From Tricharina praecox (lineage: Eukaryota): a stretch of 64,000 nt of DNA. The notes under the pieces are model-generated. The model did not search any database. It worked only from the letters and a program-made list of their open reading frames with translations, and was not told the origin of the DNA. Numbering within the stretch: position 1 is the stretch's first letter; every line of letters starts with the position of its first letter. The stretch is taken from NCBI RefSeq assembly GCF_024521635.1, contig NW_026250408.1, forward strand, positions 1,302,001 to 1,366,000, read 5' to 3'. Position numbers and translations under genes: made by a program. Positions 35,601 through 49,025 of this stretch are shown here, one piece after another.

Positions 35601-36429
35601 GGCGAGACGGTTGGTGATACGATGGGAGTTTGGGAAGGTTTTCTTCGAGGACGTCTACTCGCCAGGTGGGTGCTGCCGTGGGGGATTGGGTGATTGCACG
35701 GGCTATGATTTGGAACTGGTTATACAACCCCAACAGTGTCGCATTGTCGACGGGTGAGTTGTGGTTGACGATGATCTCGAGTAGTTCGTAGACGGTGGCG
35801 GGAATTTCTCGAGAGTAGGGGGGTGCCACCAGTACTTCCTCCTGCTGGGGAAGGCCTGAGGCTGAAGTATTGGTGGCCATGGTTCTTCGCTAGGTGGAGA
35901 GATGAGCGGCGCAACAAAGTGTAACGGCACGGTCGGGCAAGGCTCCAGGTAGCGAAGTCGGGCTGGGGATCGGGTTCCAGGTTTGGCAGAGGCAAGGCGG
36001 GTTCAGAGGACAAAGTGAGGCAGGGCTCAGTGCAGACGGCACTGAGAACAGAGAAAGGGACAAGGACTACGGCGCAGACGGCAGCCGAGGCAAGGACAGA
36101 GGTAACAGTGATTGAATTAACAAGTTGTTGCGTGAAGAACTAAATACAGAGGGGCAACGGCCCGTTTATATGGAAAATTCTCCACTTCTTCCCGCAACCT
36201 GACAATGACCGTGGGTGTGTGCCAGACCCTGAGAAATCCACCTTGCCAGTACCCCCGCTTCCGTGACTCATACCCTGCGCAGCCGCACTACCCCTGCTTC
36301 CTGCACACAGCTCCAATTCCTCCGACTCATTCCTGCATTGCCGCCCACGCAGCCCCTTGCACTGCCCCCGCGCCGCCTTCCGGACCCTGTTCCGACTCTT
36401 CCTCGAACGTTCCGTCGCGAGCCGTGACA
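29627..36429 (-). mobile_element. A2: defective family-A element, inverted duplicate of A1
   Basis: Same LTR-B flank, same LTR-C insertion and same stop positions as A1. PR ORF 33227-33868 is nearly identical to 2708-3349. Confidence 0.93.
34319..35057 (+). mobile_element. Solo LTR-C inside A2 gag
   Basis: TSD TTCAC. Reverse complement of 1519-2257. Confidence 0.92.
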
Positions 36430-36586
36430 GTCTAGACTCTGGAATCGGTTTGCTTTTCTCCTTTCCAACTTGTCCTTGATCGCTTCTCACTATTCCTTCG
36501 GCTTGCAACTCTATTCTAATCACCCAGACTATCTAATCACATCTCTTGCGACCATGGTGGCCTCCGATACCTATCGGGGTGTCACA
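36430..36586 (-). repeat. 5' part of an LTR-B (duplicate of 1-147)
   Basis: Reverse complement of the window start, including its private variants. Confidence 0.9.
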
Positions 36587-39500
36587 AACTACCTCTATGT
36601 CTCAGAGTATGGACGGCTCCAACCGCAACTGATCGATGATCACCGCGGCCCACCCACGGTGGGACACCCCGGCGAGCGAGAACCCCGAACCTCCTTGTCC
36701 GGAAGTACTAATGGGCATCCATGCGGACGGACGTTGGATGTACGGCAGTATCTGGGCCTGGGCACGGCCTTCTAGAAAGTTGAAGGTGTAGGCCATTCTG
36801 AGTGCTGGGGACGGGAAAAGGGTAGGGTCGCTGTACAGTTTGAGTCGAAGCTGGGCAACAAACCCTTCGAGCTTCTCTCGAGTGCCATCAAACATGGCTG
36901 GCTCCGGGACGCGCTCGGCGCGGCCCTGGGGTTGGGTTTCTAGTGTGGCGAGACGGTTGGCGATATGACGGGAGTTGGCAAGTTGTTCTTCGAGGTCGTC
37001 TACTCGCCAGGTAGGTGCTGCTGTGGGGGACTGGGTGATTGCGCGGGCTACGATTTGGAACTGGTTATACAACCCCAACAGTGTCGCATTGTCGGCGGGT
37101 GAGTCGTGGTTGACGATGATCTCGAGTTGCTCGTAGACGGTGGCGGGAATTTCTCGATAGTAGGGGGGTGCTACCGGTACTTTCTCCTGCTGGGGAGGGT
37201 TTGGTGCTGGGGTGTTGGTGGCCATGGTTCTTCGCTAGGTGGAGAGATGGGCGACGCAACAAAGTGTAACGGCACGGTCGGGCAAGGCTCCAGGTAGCGA
37301 AGTCGGGCTCGGAATCGGGTTCTAGGTTTGGCAGAGACAAGACAGGTTCAGAGGACAAGGTGAGGCAGGGCTCAGTGCGGACGGCAACTGAGAACAGAGA
37401 CAGGGACAAGGACTACGGCGCAGACGGCAGCCGAGGCAAGGACAGAGGTAACAGTGATTGAATCAACAAGTTGTTGCGTGAAGAACTAATTACAGAGGGG
37501 CGCCGGCCCGTTTATATAGGAAATCCTCCACTTCTTCCCGCAACCTGACAATCACCGTGGGCATGTGTTAGACCCTGAGAAATTCTCCTCGCCGATACCC
37601 CGCTCCGGTGAGTCACAGCCTGCACTGCCGTGCTACCCCTGCTACCAACACACAGCCCCAATCCCTCCAACTCATTCTTGCATTGCCGCCCGCGCAGCCC
37701 CTTGCACTGCCCCCGCGCTGCCTTCCGATCCCTGTTCAGACTCTTCTTGGAACGTGCCGTCGCGAGCCGTGACAATGGCATTGCTTGGTCAGACGGTCAA
37801 CAAAAACACAGACGGCGTCAAACCCCTTTGAGGCCGGTAGGCCAGTGACTGAGTGGACGGAGATGTGTTGCCATGGCTTCTCGGGTACTGGGAATGGGCG
37901 CTGGACACCATAGAGTGCGCGCCGGGTGGCCTTAGTTTGCCGGCAGGTGTGGCAGTTTCGGACAAACTGGTCAACGTTCTTTAGCATCTGTGGCCAGAAG
38001 TACCTGCGAGCAAGTAGTTGCAGGGTTTTCGCGCGCCCTGGGTGCCCCATGGTCGGTGGGCCGTGGTGGTCCTGGATCAGTCGTAGTCGGATTCGGTTGT
38101 ACGCTGAAACATAGAGGCAATCTCGGTAGATCAGTTGCCCGCTGACTTCGCCGCATTCGGTCAAGGAGATTTTCTTTGAGTGGCGTGTACCATTTCAAAG
38201 TAGCTCGAGGATTCAATTCGGGACGGGGTCTATGTTGTAACCATCTGTTATCAGTGACGTAAGGGGGGGACGGTCTTGTTCGTGTGTATTGGTTGGTGCC
38301 AACCGGAGCTCTTCCGGTAGGTTGTCCGGTTTCAGGACTGCCTGCTGGTTGGCGAGCAGTCTTTCATCCCCTTTTTGGGGAGGTCTCCTGACCACCTGGT
38401 CAGCGCATCCGGTTTTCCTCCCGCTTTCCCTGGTCGGTAGACAATCTTGAAATGGAAACGTGAAAGGAACTCTGACCATCGCGGTTGTCGTTGGTTAAGT
38501 AGTTTACTTATCATAATATACTCCAGATTCTTGGGCTGCTGAGGACTTGGACGGGATGACGAGCGCCCTCCAGATGTGGTCTCCACTCCTCAAAGGCGCG
38601 AATGATTGCAAGGAGTTCTTTGTCGTAGATCTCGCAGTTGCATTCTGACGGGGAATGTTTCTTGGAATAGAATGCCACTGGGTGCAGGATTCATTTGTCG
38701 TCGTACTGAGATAGGACTCCGGCAGAGACGTAGTCGGAGGCGTCAGTTTCCACTACTATCTCCCGGTCGTAGTCGAAGTGCTGGAGGATCGGGGCCGAGG
38801 TGAATGGTTTTTTCAGTTCGTCGAACACTTTCTGCTGTTCAGGTCCCCACACCAAGGGAACATACTTTCCATTCTCCTTCTTGGTCAATGCTGTCAATGG
38901 GGACACCACATTGGAATAGTCTTGGATGAATCGCTGGTAGAAGTTCGCAAACCCCAGAAAGCATTGCACATGGGTGAAGGTACTCGGCTCCACCCATTCC
39001 AGTATGCAGGAGACTTTCGCTGGGTCCATCTTGATCCCGTTGGTTGTGATGACCAGTCCCAAATACTTGACTTCCGTCTGGTGTATATGACATTTTTCGG
39101 GTTTGAGATGTAGACCGGCTGCTGATAAGGCCTGAAGTACTTTCCGGACATGTTTTTGGTGTTCATCTAAGGATCCGCTGTAAATGAAGACGTCATCGAT
39201 GAATGCGGTACAGAAGCCGTCGAGGAACGGGCGTAGCACATCGTTGATCAGAGCTTGGAAGTCGGCAGGGGCGTTGGTGAGGCCGAAGGGCATGACGAGG
39301 AATTCGAAGAGCCCATAGCGTGTCCAGAAGGCAGTTTTCCACTCTTCTCCTTCCTCCATCCGCACAAGGTTGTAGGCACCGCGGATATCCAGGGTGGTGA
39401 AGTATTTTGCCCCGGATAGCCGCATCAGAGTTTCTTGGAGGAGTGAGATTGGGTACCTGTTCTTGATTGTTCCTTCGTTCAGGCCCCTGTAATCCACATA

Positions 39501-40843
39501 CAGGCGTAAGGAGCCGTCTGATTTCTTGACAAACAGGATTGGCAATGCTGCCGGAGAGGAAGACGCAAGGATGAAACCTTTGCTGAGGTTGTCGTCAAGC
39601 CATTCCTCTAGTGCGACAAGCTCCGTTTTTGGTCCGTATGGGAGCGTAAATCCCTCCTTGAGTGGAATCTTATGGCCGTAGTGTCGGTGCGGGCGCAAGT
39701 TCTGGGCGAGGGCTTCAGAGAACAGTGGTAGGAACTCGTGGTATTCGTGACGGATATGTGCCGTGGGGTCCTTGTTTCCTCTCAGTGCGACGTTGACCTC
39801 GGCAAGCGTGGTGTTGAAGTTCGTTAGTGCATTCATGGTGATTCTTCCTTGGGGGAGACGTAATGCAGCGGGCCACGATGTCGCCGGCCCTCGCGCTTAC
39901 CGCTGGCTCTTCCTGAGCTGCTTTTGGTGCGAGAGCATAGGTAGATACGTCAGGCGGGTCAGTGATGATTCCATGTGCAACTGTCGGCACCGCATTGTAG
40001 TTGGCTGTGCAGTATTGGGAGCCGAAGGTGAGGGTCCGGGAGCTGAACCGGATGGCCACATCGTGGAGGTTCATCCAGGGGATTCCGAGTACAACGGGGT
40101 AATGGCCTAGTTTGGTGACAAACAAAGGGATTTCTTCGTAATGTTCCTCTATGGACAGGGTCGTGGTGGCAACATGTGTGATGTCGCCTGACTCGATGGG
40201 ACGGCCATCGATGACTTCGAGGGTTCGCGGGGATTTCAGGGGTACGAGGGGTAACTGGTGATAGTGGGCAAAGTCTTTGTTTACAAATACAATTCCGGTT
40301 GCCCCACAGTGGATCAGCGCATGCGTGGCAATGGTTTTGTCACCAAACGAAAGGTTACACAATACGACAGGATGTTTTCCTTTCACTGATGATTCTTGCA
40401 CAACCATTCTTGACACTGAGAGACTAGAAAAACGAAAAATGGGGGGCATAGGAGACAAAGACTTATCCTGAATATGACCAACAACAGTGCCATCAAGCGG
40501 TTGTCTGTCTAGACTTTTCCCGACTGCTGGGAGGCCTCGCCGGAATCCTGGTTGCAGTTGTGATAGATGTGAGTTGGGGTGGTGTTGGCGGGCTGGGCTG
40601 ACTCCAGCCGGGCGACGGCTACTCGGAACAGAGTTTGGTTCTTGTTGGGGCAGTGCCTAGCCATGTGGCAACTTCCCCCACAGTACAGGCAGCGGCCTTT
40701 GCATAGCCGGGCGGCACTCTCCTGGTCTGGTTTCCTGCGTCTGTTGGCACACAAGTTCATGGCTCCAGGGGCCGTTCCTGTGGCAGTGGTCGTCGCGGGC
40801 ATGATGTTGTGCGTGGTGTGACTGAGCGGCGCTGTGGGGTGTG

Positions 40844-41150
40844 TGTCACGGCTCGTGAGGGAATGACGGAGGGAGGGTTGGCACAAGGATTGGGAGAGTT
40901 GGGGGGCTGTCACGGCGCGCGACGAAATGACGAAGGGAGGGTCGGCACAAGGATCGGGAGAGTTAGAGAGCAGTGCAGAGGCAGTGCACCGGCAGTGCGA
41001 GGATGAGTCGCAGAGGATTGGGGGCTGTGTGCAGGGAGCAGGGATAGCGCAGTAATAACTCGCAGGACATTGGGGCTGTGTGCAGGAAGCAGGGGTAGTG
41101 CGGCTGCGCAGGGTATGAGTCAAAGAAGCGGGGTAGTGGCAAGGTGGATT
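40844..41150 (+). repeat. Two stacked LTR-A 5' ends (40844 and 40908), 3'-truncated
   Basis: TGTCACGG termini at 40844 and 40908. The second is fused to B gag at ~41150. Confidence 0.82.
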
Positions 41151-44100
41151 AACGGCTGGCAGGGCGAAGGAAACGGTAGAGACTGCGGGGGTTGAATGGA
41201 AAGCGGGAAGTTCCCGGAGGGCCGAAAAGCCAAGGAAGCAATAGGGGCCAGGAAGGGGAGGACAAGGGGAGGGGACATCTACGCAGGAGAAAGGTAGCTC
41301 TGGTAGTAGTTCCCCAGAAGAAGATCGTTGCCCACAAAGCATCCAAGTGCGGATGTTGGCGTTGCGAACGAGATGGCCACCGAACCTTCCAATGCTACGC
41401 ACGGAAGACAGTAACGGTTACTGAACTCCACGACAGTTTAAAGTAGTCTTCTCTGACAAAGAGAAAGCGGGACACCCAGGAGGCCGAACCCACCTAACCG
41501 AGGTCCAAGCAACACAAGGTGGCGGCGGTTTTGGTTCAGGATGAAGCAATGACGGAGGCTCCTCCATTCTGGGAGAGGAATGGGAGTGAGCCAAAGGATT
41601 TTTGAGCGGCCCCAGCGCTCCGCAGACTGGGCGGCAAAGTGTATATGTTTGCGGAACGAAGAGACCTCAGCCTCAGGATATCGACAGCCAATCCAAAGAT
41701 AAGCAAACACAGACGGACCAACCTATTTCTACGAGTCCCACCCTGCCGGGCGCCACAGGGAGTGAGCCCCCAAAGCCCGTCAGCGGAATACGACCAATCA
41801 TAGAAGTGTTGCTCCTCTGGTCTGAGCACAAGCAACTACGGATCCGAGTACTCCCCGAAACAGGAGGTGCCATTCCGATGATCAAATGAAGCCTTGCACA
41901 ACAACTTCGGTTGCCCCTCATTCAAACACCCAAGCCGGTGAAGATCAAGGACTTCCACTGAGCCATAGTGGAAGGAGACACAGAATATTATACAATGCCG
42001 AGGCTTCTCCAACACAGGAGACACTACACGAACGAAAGCTTCGAAGTTGCTCCCTTGGACAGCTGCGACGCCTACCTCATGTATTGGTGGATGGCTAAAC
42101 ATGAACCGACAGGGTTTGGGGAGAATGAAGCACAGAAAAACTGCTTCACCAGTGCCCGGTGCAACGAACAATGTCAGAATGCCTATCACCTTATCCGCAT
42201 CAAAGAAGGTGACGGGTGGAAGACCGCTTTCCGCTATCGATACGGACTATTCGAGTTTTTGGTCATGCCGTTTGGGTTGACCAACGCTCCAGCGACGTTT
42301 CAGGACATGATTAACCACATATTTCGGTACATGTTGGACCTGGGACTGGCCGCGTACATCGATGACCTCCTCATCTATGCTAAGACGCACGAGGAGCATG
42401 ACAAGATACTCATCGAGGTACTAAAGAGGTTGGAAGAAAATAAGTTGACAATCTCACCAGAGAAGTGTGTCTGGTGGACAGGGAGAGTCGAGTTCCTAGG
42501 ATACGTGATATCCCAGGATGGAATTGAGATGGCTAAGGACAAGGTGGAATCTGTGCTCTCGTGGGAGGCGCCGCGGTCCCTCAAGGATGTACAAGCCTTT
42601 GTTGGGTTCGCCAATTTTTACAGGCGCTTCATCAAGGATTTCTCAAAGATCACGAGACCCTTCACGGAGAGCACAAAAGAAAAAGGGAAAGATTGGAGAT
42701 GGACAGGGGAGATGGAACTGGCCTTCGAGGAGCTGAAATCCAGGTTCACTACGGTACCGATTCTCGGGTACTTCAACCCAGAATTACCTGTCGTGGTGGA
42801 ATCCGACGCCTCAGACTTCGCGTTGGGCGCGGTCCTGTCTTAAAAGGCAGAGGATGGGAAGTTACACCCGGTTGCGTTCCACTCAAGAATGTTTACCCCA
42901 GCTGAGATCAATTTCAAGATTCACGATAAGGAGCTACTCGCGATAGTACACTCTTTCAAACGCTGGCGGCAATACCTCGAGGGACAAAAACACCTGATCC
43001 AGGTGTACAGCGTTAACCAGAACTGTGAGTACCTCACCACCACGAAAGTACTCAATTGACGGCAAGCGACATGGGCACAAGAACTTGCTGGCATCGACTT
43101 CAAAATCTACTACCGGCCCGGCAGCCAGAACGGCAAGCCTGACACATTATCCAGGCGCCCGGAGTACCGCCCTGAAAAAGGGGGAGGTGAAGATGAGCCG
43201 ATTACGACGATCCTGCATAAATCACACTTTGCAGGCGGCGATTCGAGAGTTTCATCAATCAGCACCGGAGGCAAGAGCACCGTGTTCCTGGTTCCGTCAA
43301 CTCGGCCACAATCAATCCCCGCACCAAAGTGGAATGAAGAATTTCTGGGATGGCTCTGGAAGGCAGGAAAGGAAGATGCTGGGTATCAGGTGGCTCTGAG
43401 TAGCATCAAAGACAGGATCGAGGACGCAGCTCAGAAGGACACTGAGTCGAAGGGCCGCAAGGCCTGGGAACCGGCCGCCGAGAGTAGGGACACCAGCAGG
43501 ATGGGCCGAAAGGCCAGGATTTTGAGGTTGGAAGAGGGGTACCTGTACAGGAAAGAAAGGGTATGGGTACCAGACAACAAGGAACCCGTCAGAAACATGG
43601 TCAAGTCGGGACACGATATGAAAGTTGCGAGATATATGGGCCAGGTCAAGACAATTGTACTTGCCCGACGCGATTTGTGGTGCCAAAAGATGAACGAGTA
43701 TATTGTAGACTTCGTCTGAAGCTGCCCACAGTGTCAGAAAGACAACGCAAAAAGGCACCAACAGTATGGATTACTCAACCCCCTTGAGTTACCATACACC
43801 GGATGGCAATCGATAGCCATGAACTTCATTACCGACCTACCAGAATCCAACGGCTGCGAGCAGCTGTAGGTGTTCGTCGACCTCTTCACCAAGATGGCGC
43901 ATTTCATCCCTCTACCTAAGGATGGAAAGATAGCCTAGGAACTCAAAAAAAAATTTGCCCGGGAGATATGGTGCTTTTACAGATTACCAGCAGACATAGT
44001 GCCGGACCGAGACTCATGGTCTACTTCGGGTATATGCAAAGAATTCATTCGGCTGCTAGGAATTAAACCCCGGATGTCAACAGCTTTCCACCCCCAGACG

Positions 44101-46704
44101 GATGGACAAACCGAATGCCTCAACCAGACGATCGTAGCCTACCTCTGCTCCTAAATCAACTACGAGCAGAACGATTGGGTGAATCTCCTAACAATGGCTG
44201 AGTTTGCCTACAACTACTCAATTACATCGGCAACCGGAATGTCGCCATTTCTATGCGAATTTCGGATGCCAACCTTCGGCAACAAACCCTGCTGCGGCAA
44301 ATTCTCTCAACCCCGCCAGCATGGTCTATGCTCACTGGATGCATACAGTCCATGAGGACGACATGAAGACCCTCGAACCAACGCGCGAACACATGCGCAA
44401 GTCTGCAGACTAACACCGTCAGAAGGCACTGGGTTATCAAGTAGGAGACTTCATAATGCTTAGCGGGCGGAACATTCAAACCCGCCGACTATCGCGGAAG
44501 TTGGACCACAAGAACCATGGTCCCTTCCAAATCGAGAAGATCGTGTCGCCGCTCGCTGTCAAGCGCACTGCCGTTAAGAAAGTGAAAGAATCATAACGTC
44601 TTTCATGTGTCACGTCTGGCGACAAAATAACGAAGAAAGGGTTGGCGCAAGGATCAGAAGAGTTGAGAGGCAGTGCACCGGCAGTACAAGCATGAGTCGC
44701 AGAGGATTGGGGGCTGTGTGAAGGGAGTAGGGATAGCGCAGTAATGAGTTGCAGGGCATTGGAGCTGTGTGCAGGAAGCATGGGTAGTGCGGCTGCGCAG
44801 GGTGTGTGTCACAGAAGTGGAGTACTGGCAAGGTGGATTTCTGAGGGTCTGGTACACGCCCACGGTCATTGTCAGGTTGCAGGAAGAAGTGGAGGATTTT
44901 CTATATAAACTGGCCATTGCCCCTCTGTATTTAGTTCTTCACGCAACACCTTGTTGATTCGATGACTGTTACCTCTGTCCTTACCTCGGCTGCCGTCTGC
45001 GCCGTACTCCTTTTCTCTGTTGCGGTTTCTCAGTTGCCGTCTGCACTGAGCCCTGCCTTGCCTTGTCCCCCAAACCCGTCTTGCTTCTGCCGAATCCAGT
45101 ATTGAATTGTGACGTCACGGTCGGGCAAGCCTCCAGGTAGCGAAGCCGTGTGAGTGATCGGGTACTGGGCTGGGCAGAGGCAAGCTGAATTCGGAGGACG
45201 AGACAAGGCAGCGCTCAGTGCAGACGGCAACTAAGAAACAGGGACAGAGACAAGGACTACAGCGCAGACGGCAACTGAGGCAACAACAGAGGTAACAGTT
45301 GTTGTATCAACAAGTGGTTGCGTGAAGAGCTAATCACAGACGGGCACCGGCCCGTTTATATAGGAAATCCCGCACTCCTTCCCGCAACCTGACAATGAAC
45401 GTGGGTGTGTGCTAGACCCTGAGAAATCCTCCTCGCCTATACTCCGCTCCGGTGACCCAAACCTTGCGCAGCCTCGCTATCCCTGTTACCGGCACACAGC
45501 CCCAATCCCCTATGACTCATTCCTACATTGCCGCCCGCGCTGCCCCTTGCGCTACCCCCGCGCTGCCCTTTGCGCTACCCCTGCACTGCTTCCGCGCTGC
45601 CTTCCGACCCCTGTTCCAACTCCTCCTCAAATTTTCCGACGTGAGCCGTGACAGTAGTCCCTCCTAAGGCTCAAATTCCCACCAGAGTAAATTGGATTGG
45701 TCTGAGCATTATTGGGTATCGTTGGTGGAAGCCGTCCACGGCTTGCACGTCCACCAGGTGTTCGTCTGGCTTCCACCTCGGCGCCGCGACACCCCTCCAG
45801 TTGACCAAGTACTGTGATCTTCCCCTGAGCATTCGGTTGTACAGCACTTCTTCGACTTCCCATTCTTCTTGTTCGTTCATGATTACCGGCAGTGGTGGCG
45901 GGAGGATCTGGCCGGGAAGAGGGCCGCCGGCTGATGCGTGAAGAAGTGATACGGGGAATATGCGGTGCTTCTGAACAGTATGCGTGATGTCCAGTTCGTA
46001 TGCGTGCGTTCTGATGGCTGGCGTGATTCGGTAGGGTCCGTGTTGCTTATCCTCTAGTTTCCGGCTCGGTCGCTCCGTCTGCCAGTTTCGGCTGTCCACC
46101 CATACGTTATCTCCAGGTTGGAAGGTTGGGGCAGGCGTCTGGTGCAGGTCGGTGTTGTCCTGTTGTGGTGCTTCGGCGTAAAGCATTTAGCTGCGGGCAA
46201 CGTCGTGGATCTGCTGGAGCGGTTCTGCCAAAATTTGTGCCTTTTGTTCCTCGTTCGTGTCTGTTCGAGCGTCAAGCTCGAAGTCGCAACGTGGCTGCTA
46301 GCCTAGGTTAGCAAAAAACGGGGACAGGGTGATGGTGTCGGATGTTTGGTTATTGCCAGTGAACTCCGCCAAGAATAGGTAATCTACCCAGCAGTCTTGG
46401 AGGTAGCTCACGTACGCTCGGAGGTGTTGTTCCGTGACTGCATTCATTCGTCCCGTTTGCCCGTCCGTCTGGGGGTGGAAGGCAGTGGATAGTCGTGCAT
46501 CGATTTTGAGGCAAGCGCACAGGTGTCTCCAACATCGTGATGCGAACTGGGGGCCACGGTCTGATACAATGGTGTCAGGCAGTCCGTGGTATTTGAAGAC
46601 CCAGTCACTGAACAGCTCCGCCAGTCCCTCTGAGGTGATGGTCGTATTGCAAGGTAGCAGGTGTCGTTGCTTGGTTAGGCGGTCCACGAAGTCACATATG
46701 GCAA

Positions 46705-46906
46705 GTGGCGGTTCATGATTCTTATCATGAAATATCACTCATTGGGGGTTAACTACTAGAAGGCTTCCTGGAGTAAGCCCCTAAAGAGGGGATACTGTCA
46801 CAGTTCAGATATCATGGCCTTAAGTAGCTACTGGGATGATGGCCTTCACCCATCAAAATACCTTTTGGTTGAGTGTTATAGTACTTTCCCAGTATACTTT
46901 ATTACA
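46705..46906 (+). mobile_element. Family-D 3' half (interior end, PPT, 111 bp LTR at 46796-46906)
   Basis: Homologous to ~8058-8261. Lies at a deletion in A5 RH-INT. Confidence 0.85.
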
Positions 46907-48333
46907 CCATTTCTCGAAGGTATGAACGACTGCCAGCAGCTCCGTGTCTTACATTTCGTAGTTGCATTCTGCCGGGGAGTGCTTCTTGGAGTAGAATGCG
47001 ACAGGGTGTAGGATTCCTTCACCGTTGTACTGCGACAGGATACCAGTTGATACGTAATCCGGGGCGTCAGTTTCCATCACGATATCTCAATCGTAGTTGA
47101 AATGCCGAAGTATCAGGGCGGTGGTGAAGGCTGTTTTCCGTGTGTCAAAGGCGTGCTGTTGGTTAATACCCCATTTGAACGTTACATACTTCCCGCTTTC
47201 TTTTTTCGTCATTGCCGTCAACGGGGATACCACCTTGGAGTAGTCCTGGATAAAGCGCCAATAGAAGTTGGCAAACCTAAGGAAACAATGAATGTTAGTT
47301 TACGTGGTTGGCTTTTCTCACTCGAGGACGCAGGAGACTTTGGCTGGATCCATCTTGATACCCTCTGTGGTTATAGTCAGACCCAGGTACTTCACCTCCG
47401 CCTGGTGGTAGTGGCATTTCTCTGGTTTCAGGTGCAAGCCAGCAGACGTGAGGGTGCGTAAAACCTCGGTAACCTGTTTCTGGTGCTCATCCAAGACTCA
47501 CTGCAGGTGAAGACATCATCTAAGAAGGCTGTACAGAAGCCGTCTAGGAATGGCCGTCATACATTATTAATCAGGGCTTGGAAGCCGGCTGCTACGTTAA
47601 TTAGCCCAAAAGGCGTTACCAATGATTCGAATAGTCCGTAGCCGGTCCGGAAGGCAGTCTTCCAAACCTCCCCTTCCGCCATTCGTACCAGATTGTAGGC
47701 ACCACCGATGTTCAGGGTCGTGATGTACTTGGCTCCCAACAGTCTCATCAATGTTTCTTGGAGTAGTGGAAGTGGGTACTGGTTCTTGATGGTTGCTTCG
47801 TTCAGGCCTCGGTAGTCCACACACAGGCACAGGAAGCCATATGATTTTTTGACAAATAGGATTGGGGATGCCGCGGGTGAGGAGGACGCACGGATGAATC
47901 CCTTGCTCAGGTTGTCGTCCAGCCATTCTTTGAGTGCAACCACTTCCGTTTTCTAAAAGGAGTAGAGTGGTCCATAGAGAGGCACAAATCCTTCTTTAAG
48001 CGGGATCTTGTGGCCGTATCGCGGGTGGGGTTGTAGGTTCTGCGCCAGCTTTTCCGAAAAGAGGTGGAGGAATTCGCGGTGCCGTGGGTAATGTGGGCGG
48101 TTGGGTCATGCATTTCTTCGGCGAGTGCCTCCTCGATCTCTGTCAGAGTGGTTGCGAAGATGGTGAGGTTCTCTTCTACTGCCATGTGCTGGAACGGCTC
48201 TATTCGGAGGGCGGAAATCCTGACTGTCAGCTTCCTTCTTTGCTTAGCAGCCTGCTGGTAATACTCAACCTGGGGAGACGTAATGCATCGGGCCACGAAG
48301 TTGCCGGCCCTCGCATTTACCGCTGGTTCTCAT

Positions 48334-49025
48334 TGTGAGACTGGAACGAGTTTGTGTCGTCGGAGTCTATGGTGATATCGAGTGTAGAATAAAAGTCAGG
48401 GGTTTCGATAATTCACAACGGAATAATCTTAAGGGTGTTTCTTTGATGGTTTGTTCGGTGCGATGATTGTAGTTTTTGGTTCGGTTGCCCGCTCGGTTAA
48501 ACTTATATCCGTTCCAATCCTCAGCACGTGATTCCTCTAGAGTGCGGCCTAACGTAGCTCCGTTGCTTCCTTTGCATTGGAGTTCCGCGGCCTAGCCTTG
48601 AGTCGTCGTCAGCTCTCTTCGGATAGTCTTCTCGACTAGGCAGGTGGTAAACACCACGCGCCCAAGATAGATTGGAGTTTCCGAGCAATTATCTCCCTCA
48701 TGCGCCGGCAGAGTTCTTCGCTCGAAGTTGTCTGCCCCCATCGGTCGATGTTCGATTCTCTCGTCATAACAGCTTTTCCCTGGATCGGAGTTCCTACTGC
48801 GGGGCCCTATGAACGGAGATTTCAGAGTCCTCTGGACTGTTATCCCGATCACCCGCATCTCCGATCACTGTCTAGACTCTGGAATCCGTTTGCTCCCTCC
48901 TTCCTATCTTGTCCTTGATCGCTTCTAACTATCCCTTCGGCTCGCAACTCTCTTCTAATCACCCGGACTATCTAATCACATCTCTTGCGACCGTCGTGAC
49001 CTCCGATACCTATCGGGGTGTCACA
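48334..49025 (-). mobile_element. Solo LTR-B inside A5
   Basis: TSD CTCAT/CTTAT. Confidence 0.92.

Larger units (their letters stand above)
29627..37774 (-). mobile_element. A3: composite three-LTR family-A insertion
   Basis: Outer LTRs 37265-37774 and 29627-30136 with a perfect TSD ATGGC. Internal LTR at 35920-36429. A3 gag start at 36735-37225. Confidence 0.9.
28239..40843 (-). mobile_element. A4: 5'-truncated defective family-A element, interrupted in the integrase by the A3/A2 composite
   Basis: 3' LTR 28239-28797 plus PPT. INT/chromodomain at 28798-29626. INT-RH-RT-PR-gag end at 37775-40843 (ORFs 38691-39836 and 39715-40458). Confidence 0.88.
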
